A stretch of DNA of 40,885 nucleotides, from positions 1 to 40,885 of the forward strand of contig CANOYI010000002.1 of NCBI GenBank assembly GCA_947571515.1, given 5' to 3'. The notes under the pieces were generated by a model, which worked only from the letters and a program-made list of their open reading frames with translations, did no database searches and was not told where the DNA came from. Source of the DNA: an uncultured Clostridium sp. (GTDB lineage: Bacteria; Bacillota; Clostridia; TANB77; CAG-508). A program made the translations under genes and the position numbers. Positions within the stretch are counted from its first letter, which is position 1. Each line of letters begins with the position of its first letter. Of this stretch, positions 24,392 through 31,912 are shown in pieces.

Positions 24392-25573
24392 TTATTTTGT
24401 TACTAATTCACTTGTATATTGTTTTCCATCACTATTAAAATTAATATATAATTTTTTATTTAAATCTTTTTTACCTGCATCTAGTATCATTTTATAGCCA
24501 CCATCTTGTGTTGTTCCACCACCCAAATCTTGATAAATTTTTCCATCTCCATCTGTTATACTTAAGTAATTTTCTCTAGCTTTTGAAAATTCATTGTTTT
24601 TCATATCTTTTCCTGCTGATATCAAATTGTTGTATCCTTCTGATTTGAATTTTAATACCATACCTGCTTCTGTAAGTGTTATCTTTTCAATTTCTAAATC
24701 AGGTATTTCGTTTTGAAGTTTTAATTCTAAGGTTTGCCTTTCTTGAAATTTATCTGGTACGTCGATTTCAAAAATCCATTCTGCTTTACTTAATTGAAAA
24801 TCTTCAGCATTTGTTATCCTTTTTTCTGTTAAATCTACATCAAACATTGTGTATCCTAAATCAAACAATCTAATATATATTTTTTTACTCTTTGGAAAAC
24901 TATCTCTTGCTCTAATTGTAACATTGGTAGTAATTGTTCTATTTTCTTCATCGGCTTCAATATTTCCTAATCCACTACTATCTGAAAGTTGAGTTGAATA
25001 AATATCATTTTTATTATACTCTACTCCTAATTCTCTATAAATAAATGGTGTTATGGCATCATATTTTGCAGGTGAATCCATATGTATCCTTCCTGATATT
25101 TGATAAATATTCTTATTTTCATCATACACTGCATATCCAAATGTAAATTTTTCTGAATCTAAAACTACATCTTTATTAAATTTAAAACTAACATTAGCAT
25201 CAAAACAATCGTCTGTAAGTAATATTGAATCCACCTTTGCACTTATTCCATCTTGTGTTATATAATCCATATTTATCACTTGTGCATATCCTGATTCCTT
25301 TACTTCTTCCAAACTTCCTTTAGCTTCTTCAACTGGTCTATATTGATATTCTTTAAATTTAATATCCCATTGAATTTTTGCATAAATATTTTGTGCAAAA
25401 ATTCCAGTAATAATGGCAACTACAAAAATCGCTGCTATATTTAATATTTTGTATTTTTTACTTTTATTCTTTTTCATAGTATCTCCCTCCTTTATTTTAG
25501 AGATGATAGCCTGATAATTGTTATCTTGATTAAATTTTTCTTTTGCAAATTCTTCATATATCCCATTTTTCAT
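24392..25573 (-). CDS. single-pass membrane protein, probable anti-sigma/sensor partner of the sigma factor gene at 25575
   Basis: Cytoplasmic N-terminus, TM ILNIAAIFVVAIITGIFAQNIYA, large external domain. Starts 1 nt after the sigma gene stop. Confidence 0.55.
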   Translation of the reverse strand: MKNGIYEEFAKEKFNQDNNYQAIISKIKEGDTMKKNKSKKYKILNIAAIFVVAIITGIFAQNIYAKIQWDIKFKEYQYRPVEEAKGSLEEVKESGYAQVINMDYITQDGISAKVDSILLTDDCFDANVSFKFNKDVVLDSEKFTFGYAVYDENKNIYQISGRIHMDSPAKYDAITPFIYRELGVEYNKNDIYSTQLSDSSGLGNIEADEENRTITTNVTIRARDSFPKSKKIYIRLFDLGYTMFDVDLTEKRITNAEDFQLSKAEWIFEIDVPDKFQERQTLELKLQNEIPDLEIEKITLTEAGMVLKFKSEGYNNLISAGKDMKNNEFSKARENYLSITDGDGKIYQDLGGGTTQDGGYKMILDAGKKDLNKKLYINFNSDGKQYTSELVTK

Positions 25574-25574
25574 A

Positions 25575-26123
25575 CTACTTTACCTCCTTTCCAAATGTTT
25601 TATTTAATTCTTTTAAAGTTCGATAAATATAGTTTTTTATGGTTGATTCATTTATTTTTAGTTCTTCCGAAATCTCTGTTATTTTTAATCCCAAAGCATA
25701 ATATAAATAAAAAATCTTTGCTATCAAAACATTTTTATGATTTAAGTAATTCCATATTTCTTCTATATCTTCTTTCTTTATCATATCCATTTCTAAATTA
25801 ACATCAGATGGTATTTGTATTTGAATTTCTTCCCTATCCTTTGAAAAATAGATGATATTAGATTTTTCTTTATATTGATTTCTATAATATCTTTTTACTA
25901 TATTCTTGGCAATTCCTATGATATATGCTTTTTCTTCACTTACTTTAATGTTATTCTTAGTTTCCAATGTTTGATATAATTCCACATAAGTATCTTGCAA
26001 TAATTCATTTACATCATCTAAGTTTTGACATTTGCATATAATATATCGCAATACATCGTTATAAGTTTTGTTATAAATATCTTCAAAATTATTTTGTGTA
26101 ATTAGAGTACTCATTTTTTCCAC
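25575..26123 (-). CDS. sigma-70 family (ECF-like) factor
   Basis: Region 2-like LLQDTYVELY and region 4 HTH LKITEISEELKINESTIKNYIYRTLKEL. Confidence 0.75.
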   Translation of the reverse strand: MEKMSTLITQNNFEDIYNKTYNDVLRYIICKCQNLDDVNELLQDTYVELYQTLETKNNIKVSEEKAYIIGIAKNIVKRYYRNQYKEKSNIIYFSKDREEIQIQIPSDVNLEMDMIKKEDIEEIWNYLNHKNVLIAKIFYLYYALGLKITEISEELKINESTIKNYIYRTLKELNKTFGKEVK

Positions 26124-26277
26124 CTTTCACTTTATAAGTGTACTTTTTCATTAAAAAAGTTTCAAATTTTATAAAATTATAACAAAAATAACAGACTTTG
26201 TCTGCTATTGATAACTAAAGGTATTACTTATCTGTAAGCTCGCTTAATGCTCGCTCAGGCTAAGGGCATCCCTAAAA

Positions 26278-28023
26278 TCATGATTGCTTTAATCTTAGAT
26301 ATCCCAATTCCTCCCAAACATTATACGCTAAGTTTAGACGAAACACCAAAGTAGGTTTTGCACCAGCCCTATTTTTATCAACCACGCAAGCATAATACCT
26401 AACATCTGGGTCATCGAATTTTTTCAAATCAAAAAACTTGGTATCTACTTCATTCAAAGAATACTCATAATTTTGTAAGGTATCTCTATGAATTTGTTTG
26501 ATTAAGGCTAAGGTATCTAATACTTCCTTAACGGTTCTACTAACTGCTAAATCATTGACTGTCAAATTAACTGGCAAGGTATCTGTTTCTGCTAATTGTA
26601 AGGTAGCACATATATAGATTCCAAAATTTTGTGCGATATTAGAAAGAATGGTTGCTGTTTTCTTTAATTCTTCTCCAATTCCAATATTGGCTGTATCTGT
26701 TTTTAAAGTGTCATAAAATACATATTCTATTTTTTCTTTATAATAATAGTTCATAATAACTTTTTTCAATTCATCATTGGTATGATCTGTTATATTAATG
26801 AAATGGATAGAATTGTTGATTTGTTTATTTACCCAATTGGTAACACCAATGACATCTCTAAATTCTTTTGACACATCCAACAATCTTTTGGCAAAGTCTT
26901 TTTGTTTTTCTTTTTCTTCTTTTACCACAAATCCTTCTTCATCAGTTTTTACTTTTCTAGGGTCATCTGGTCTAAATTTAAATTCTAATAGCTCTCCTTC
27001 TGTTTTAGAAATTTCAATGCCATGTTGTTTTTGAATCTCTTTATTATTTAAGATGGTTGTAATTAAACACAATCTCATTTTTTCTTCTGACATTTCATTA
27101 GAGATGACTAATACTTTTTTATGGTGAACAAAGGCAGTATGTGCTGCAATATCAATCGTAAATCTACTTTTACCAGCATTGGATGGCATCGCAAATGCCA
27201 TTGTCTCTCCTTTTCGGATTCCTTTGAATACTTGTGTTAAAATTGGAAACGGTAATGGTAAACCATTAGTTAGATTGTTATCTCCTAACTGTAAAAAGCT
27301 TGTTAATCCTTCATTTAAGACTGCCCTTTTGAATTTTTCTGTATCATTAACTTGTATAACTGCACTTTCGACTTCCTCAACTGACATTTTATCATATAAT
27401 TCATATTCTTTGATTTCCATTACTTTTTCTTGAATATTTTGAATCGGTATGGCTAGATAATTTTTTCTTAATACAAATAATTTTTTCAAATTGATATAAA
27501 TTTCTTCCATATTGTAATTTTGGTCTCTTACTTCTTTTTTTAATTTACTTTTTAGGGCATATACTTTTTCATTATCTTTGGCAAAGTTAAATCCTCTTTT
27601 GGCTTGTTCTGTCGTATAGGCTCCCCCTTCTGTAAAAATGATACTTTTATAAATATTCAATAATTCTGGATCTTCAAAATAACATTCTTCATATACATAA
27701 AAATATTTTTTGATTAATCTTGGGTCTGCTAATAATAGTCCAATATATTGTCTTTCTAAGTCATCATCACTTAACTCATCTGGAAACATTCCTGTCATAT
27801 CTTCTTCATTTTCTTCTCCAGAAGCATTGTTAGCTACTTTCTTTTTTTCATTGGCAAGTAGTTCTTGTTTCTTTTGTCCTAACATTTCTATTTTCTTTAG
27901 CGAAGCAATATAATCTCCTCGTGATAAATCACTTTTAATCTCTTCAATCAATTGAAAATTTTCGTCTGTTACTGGTATGTTATTAATCAATTCATATAAC
28001 TTGTCGATTTTGTCTTCATTCAT
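26278..28023 (-). CDS. divergent DnaB-family helicase-like protein
   Basis: 581 aa. DnaB N-domain-like LERQYIGLLLADPRLIKKYF...YKSIIF and a RecA-type core with Walker A AMPSNAGKS. There is a ~90-aa acidic or coiled N-terminal extension. The canonical DnaB DYLQL-type Walker B was not seen. Confidence 0.65.
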   Translation of the reverse strand: MNEDKIDKLYELINNIPVTDENFQLIEEIKSDLSRGDYIASLKKIEMLGQKKQELLANEKKKVANNASGEENEEDMTGMFPDELSDDDLERQYIGLLLADPRLIKKYFYVYEECYFEDPELLNIYKSIIFTEGGAYTTEQAKRGFNFAKDNEKVYALKSKLKKEVRDQNYNMEEIYINLKKLFVLRKNYLAIPIQNIQEKVMEIKEYELYDKMSVEEVESAVIQVNDTEKFKRAVLNEGLTSFLQLGDNNLTNGLPLPFPILTQVFKGIRKGETMAFAMPSNAGKSRFTIDIAAHTAFVHHKKVLVISNEMSEEKMRLCLITTILNNKEIQKQHGIEISKTEGELLEFKFRPDDPRKVKTDEEGFVVKEEKEKQKDFAKRLLDVSKEFRDVIGVTNWVNKQINNSIHFINITDHTNDELKKVIMNYYYKEKIEYVFYDTLKTDTANIGIGEELKKTATILSNIAQNFGIYICATLQLAETDTLPVNLTVNDLAVSRTVKEVLDTLALIKQIHRDTLQNYEYSLNEVDTKFFDLKKFDDPDVRYYACVVDKNRAGAKPTLVFRLNLAYNVWEELGYLRLKQS

Positions 28024-28081
28024 TTACCGTTTCCTTCCTTTCCATCTTTTGTTTTTAGCGGATTTACGTTTAATCTATTCT

Positions 28082-28280
28082 ACTTAATTTATCTAATATT
28101 ATTTTTGCAACACCGCGTAAGCGACCAGCTGACGCATACTGCCACTGTAACAAGCAAAGCTTTAACAGTGGACAGCAAAACGAGCATTTGGCAAGTAGCG
28201 ATTTAGAGCAACCGTCCATCTTTAATTTATGAAGGTTGCGACACACAAGGTGTAAAAAAATAATATAAGATAAATTAAGT
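28082..28280 (+). repeat. apex-core element, copy 2
   Basis: Arms are acttaatttatctaatattattttt and aaaaaaataatataagataaattaagt (25 bp, 1 mismatch). The conserved core spans about 28105-28253. The right arm contains the DUF2207 stop codon. Confidence 0.8.
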
Positions 28281-30194
28281 TAATAAGGTTGGGTCTATCT
28301 TCCGCCACCGCCTCCGCCGTCCACCGTCCGGCCTCCGGCCACCGCCAGAAAATCCTCCTCCGCCTCCTGAGGCAGAAGAATAGGCACTTGACATAGAGCT
28401 ACTAATAGCATTTGAAAAGCTATTGGAAAAATCAGTATTCATCATCAAGTACATATATCCATAAGTATTTACGTCGAATTGTTCTGTCATATTTGGATAA
28501 ACAATTTTCAATTGTTTTAATACTTTATCAGCAATTCCAAATACAGTTGCATAAACTAAGAACTTTTCCCATATGACAAGTTCTGGAACTTCTCTTTTAT
28601 CTAGCATAGAAAAATCTTCCATGTATCTTTTTAGTCCTTTCCATTCTGCATTTTCATCGATCCCTTTTTGGGTTAATACATTCATTTTACCTGATAACAC
28701 ACAAAAAACAATTAGTTGTACTAATGTGGCTAAAATAAATGGTATCATACCGATTGGATTGATATTTGGTATGGATATTAATATCCCAAAAAGAATGGTT
28801 GAAAAAACAAGGAGTATAAATAATAATACTGCATAGGCTGTTATATCTGTCTTTTCTTGTTTTCCTTTTTGATCAGCTAATTCTTTTTCATATAAAGCCT
28901 GTTCTGTACTTTTATCGATTTTCTCTTTTAGCTTCATTACTTTACTTTGTGATTTTTTAATATATTTTTCTAATTCTTTAATCGTTATTTCACCATGATT
29001 TTGTTCACATGCCTTTTTCAAAAATTCAAAAATTGCCTTTTCATCTTTAAAAGCTTCTAATTTTTCTGAATTTTCCTCTAACATCTTTATTGTTATGATT
29101 TTGTCATTTACTTGAAAGTCTATCATTTTCTTTAAGTTCAAATCTAACAAAGTAGCAGAAAATACCCTTCCAATATGAGTACTACTATAAAAGCTTCCTA
29201 CTTGTTTCTCCAAAAGTGCTAACGCCTCCGCTGGTGTAGCATTTTCTCTTGGCATTTCTCTATAATATTTTATTTCTTGACTTGGCACCAATTTTTTACT
29301 TGTTTTAATTTTTTTGACATTTTTAATAATGGATTTAATTGAGAAAATGGTTAAGATAATAGCAACTAAATTAACTATTATGGTAGCTATTATTTTCATA
29401 TCTTCTTTCCTTTTTCTTCTTTCATTGGCTTGATTGGCCCATTTGGTTTCTTCCTGAAGTACTTGCTCTAATCTTTCTGTATTTTCTCCTCTACCTGCAT
29501 GCGTTATCATTTCTGTTGGAAATAAAGTTCTTACTTCTACATATCTTCCAGAACGAAATCTATGAATTGTAAATTCAATTTTATTGGTATCAGTGGCATA
29601 GATTTCTCCATTTAAGTCTTCCGTATGCCCCCAAACTTTGATATTTTCTTTACTATCAGCATTATAAGGCAACAAAATCGTTCCTGTTATTTTCTTAGCA
29701 TCTATTTCAAATTCCTGCCCTACAAACTGCCAATATAGTTCTGCATAATCTTGGTATTTGGCTATAGCATCTTCTACTTGATAGGAAATCTCATAGGTTC
29801 TTGTTGCTGAGCTATCTTCTAGTCCTACTCCCCAAGCAATCTCAAATTCTTTGTCATCATTTAATCCTCCAAAATATTTTCCTTTTGGCAAATGATAACT
29901 CCATTGATTTTGCTTGCTAAATGGCTGTTTCTTTGCATTGGTTACCTCTGTTACTTGTACATTGGTTATGTTAGAATATTTTGTTTTATCTGTCTTGAAT
30001 GTTTTATACAAAGTATTGGTATCCTCTATTTCGATATTCCATTTTTCGGTAACATTCATACTTCCATCTTGGTTGATTTGTGCTTGAAAGTCTAGTTGAT
30101 TTAGGAATAAGTCACTCGATGAAGCTTGTACTGGGTTAGTCATAAATAAGATACTGGCTATTCCTATTATCAAATAGGTTACAATTTTTTTCAC
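28275..30194 (-). CDS. DUF2207 domain membrane protein with a Gly-rich C-terminal tail
   Basis: 639 aa. Signal peptide, large external domain, TM cluster, and a SASGGGGGFSGGG tail encoded by a locally very GC-rich stretch. Confidence 0.8.
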   Translation of the reverse strand: MKKIVTYLIIGIASILFMTNPVQASSSDLFLNQLDFQAQINQDGSMNVTEKWNIEIEDTNTLYKTFKTDKTKYSNITNVQVTEVTNAKKQPFSKQNQWSYHLPKGKYFGGLNDDKEFEIAWGVGLEDSSATRTYEISYQVEDAIAKYQDYAELYWQFVGQEFEIDAKKITGTILLPYNADSKENIKVWGHTEDLNGEIYATDTNKIEFTIHRFRSGRYVEVRTLFPTEMITHAGRGENTERLEQVLQEETKWANQANERRKRKEDMKIIATIIVNLVAIILTIFSIKSIIKNVKKIKTSKKLVPSQEIKYYREMPRENATPAEALALLEKQVGSFYSSTHIGRVFSATLLDLNLKKMIDFQVNDKIITIKMLEENSEKLEAFKDEKAIFEFLKKACEQNHGEITIKELEKYIKKSQSKVMKLKEKIDKSTEQALYEKELADQKGKQEKTDITAYAVLLFILLVFSTILFGILISIPNINPIGMIPFILATLVQLIVFCVLSGKMNVLTQKGIDENAEWKGLKRYMEDFSMLDKREVPELVIWEKFLVYATVFGIADKVLKQLKIVYPNMTEQFDVNTYGYMYLMMNTDFSNSFSNAISSSMSSAYSSASGGGGGFSGGGRRPDGGRRRRWRKIDPTLLT

Positions 30195-30238
30195 TTTCTT
30201 CTCCCCTTTTTTGTCGTTCTTCCTAATTTTTTAATCGT

Positions 30239-30320
30239 GTTGATATATTAATATTTTGCAGTTCAAGACCAGTAGATAGACCCCAGCTATGTTTTGAACA
30301 AAAAATATTAATATATCAAC
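30239..30320. repeat. 19-bp perfect AT arms enclosing a 44-nt GC-richer core
   Basis: gttgatatattaatatttt/aaaatattaatatatcaac. The core gcagttcaagaccagtagatagaccccagctatgttttgaacaa has an inner gttcaa/ttgaac helix. Confidence 0.65.
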
Positions 30321-30339
30321 ATATTTATAACTTTTCTAT

Positions 30340-30377
30340 ATTATATACTTTTCCATTTTTTAAAGCAATAGATTTTT
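30340..30377 (-). promoter_or_regulatory. 38-bp promoter repeat, copy A (upstream of the DUF2207 gene)
   Basis: On the minus strand, aaaaatctaTTGCTTtaaaaaatggaaaagtaTATAAT with a 17-nt spacer. Identical to 31832-31869. Confidence 0.65.
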
Positions 30378-30380
30378 GAT

Positions 30381-31229
30381 TTAAAATATAGTCTCTATAA
30401 CCAATTCAATAAACAGTACACAAAAAATAATCCTTAGCAATGGTTCTACGATTTTATTAGCTTTTTTTATGGCTAATCCTGCTCCAATATAATTTCCTAA
30501 CATAGAACTGATTGTGGCAGGAATTGCTATCGCAAACATTATCTTTTTATCTAACAAGAATGTTATCATAGCAACTAGATTTAATAAACAATTTATAATT
30601 CTAGCATTTCCAGCAGCTTTCACTTGATCTATATGAAATATTTTGATAAATATCAAAATCAAAATAGAAGTTGTCCCAACACCTATTGTCCCTCCATATA
30701 AGCCAATTACTAATCCAATCAATAATGATACTACTAGTTTTTTTCTTGGTGATAAAGTTTCTAATAGCTTTATTGTTTCTCTTTCTTTTGTAACATTTTC
30801 TTTTTTAGATGTTCTATACTTTTTTATAATAGAAATAATAAAAAAAACTGAGATTAGAAAAATCAATGCATATCGCAAATAGACATCATTGATACATAAT
30901 ATCAATTTTGAGCCTACATAGGTTCCTAACATACATAGAATAGAAAACATAATTATTAATTTTAGTTCATACTGTTTGTTCTTTATATATCTTAGTGCAG
31001 ATACAAGCATTCCCCAAAATGCTACAAATTTATGGGTCCCTAATGCATAATGTACTGGCATACCTACAACTAAATAAGTTGGAAAGCTAATGATTGAACC
31101 ACTTCCAGCAATTGCATCTATGATACTAGCTATGAATATTAATGGACATATAATTAATAATTGATATATTTCTGCCATCTTTACCATCTCCCCATTGATT
31201 TTTCCATATCTATCATCCATTTTTTGCAT
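30381..31229 (-). CDS. TauE/SafE (TSUP) family anion exporter
   Basis: Polytopic membrane protein with two repeated 4-TM halves. The true start is probably an internal Met (about 31178-31187), which would avoid a 49-nt overlap with the GNAT gene. Confidence 0.75.
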   Translation of the reverse strand: MQKMDDRYGKINGEMVKMAEIYQLLIICPLIFIASIIDAIAGSGSIISFPTYLVVGMPVHYALGTHKFVAFWGMLVSALRYIKNKQYELKLIIMFSILCMLGTYVGSKLILCINDVYLRYALIFLISVFFIISIIKKYRTSKKENVTKERETIKLLETLSPRKKLVVSLLIGLVIGLYGGTIGVGTTSILILIFIKIFHIDQVKAAGNARIINCLLNLVAMITFLLDKKIMFAIAIPATISSMLGNYIGAGLAIKKANKIVEPLLRIIFCVLFIELVIETIF

Positions 31230-31792
31230 AGTCTATAATAAATTTTGTGATCACTAAAATGGAAGCCTTCATATATTAATTCTCCTACTCTATCATATAT
31301 AACAAAAGCCTTTGCGTGAGAAGAACTGACCAATGCTTTTTTTACTCCATTTTTCAATATAGCAGGTAATACATATTCATACATCATTTTAAATCCTATG
31401 CCTCTATACTCTTTTTGAATTACAAAAGCTTGTACAACAGCATATTCGTCTATATTTTCAATATCTTTTTTATAATTTATTTTTTCTAAAAACTCTCTTA
31501 TATATTGTTCACCTCTTATCATAAATACATGACCTATTATCTTGCCTTCAAGTTCTGCACAAAATACATTAATTTCTATCTCTTCTCCATTTTCTATTCT
31601 ATTGATTAATTCGTGATATTTTTTCTTGTCATGCTCATATTCATCCCAGTCATCATACATATTATTTTCTTTTTTATTTTTTACATGTAATTTTGTAGGC
31701 TCCAATATTTTTTCTAGGTTAGATTTTATTTTAGTAAGTTCATCTTTACTAGATATGGAATAAAATTTGATTTTTTCTTTTTCTATTTTCAT
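31181..31792 (-). CDS. GNAT family acetyltransferase
   Basis: VIQKEYRGIGFKMMYEYVLPAI is a GNAT motif A-like segment. The start is moved to 31792 (GGGGG RBS) because the -10 of the 38-bp promoter (31832-31837) lies at or after the track start at 31828. Confidence 0.7.
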   Translation of the reverse strand: MKIEKEKIKFYSISSKDELTKIKSNLEKILEPTKLHVKNKKENNMYDDWDEYEHDKKKYHELINRIENGEEIEINVFCAELEGKIIGHVFMIRGEQYIREFLEKINYKKDIENIDEYAVVQAFVIQKEYRGIGFKMMYEYVLPAILKNGVKKALVSSSHAKAFVIYDRVGELIYEGFHFSDHKIYYRLCKKWMIDMEKSMGRW

Positions 31793-31831
31793 AAATATTT
31801 CCCCCTGTATAATATATTTGCAATCCACTAC

Positions 31832-31869
31832 ATTATATACTTTTCCATTTTTTAAAGCAATAGATTTTT
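31832..31869 (-). promoter_or_regulatory. 38-bp promoter repeat, copy B (upstream of the GNAT-TauE genes)
   Basis: Identical 38-mer to 30340-30377, with TTGCTT, 17 nt, TATAAT on the minus strand. Confidence 0.65.
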
Positions 31870-31912
31870 TCAGAAAAATGTGTTATAATTCTTACATATA
31901 AGGAGGAAAATT

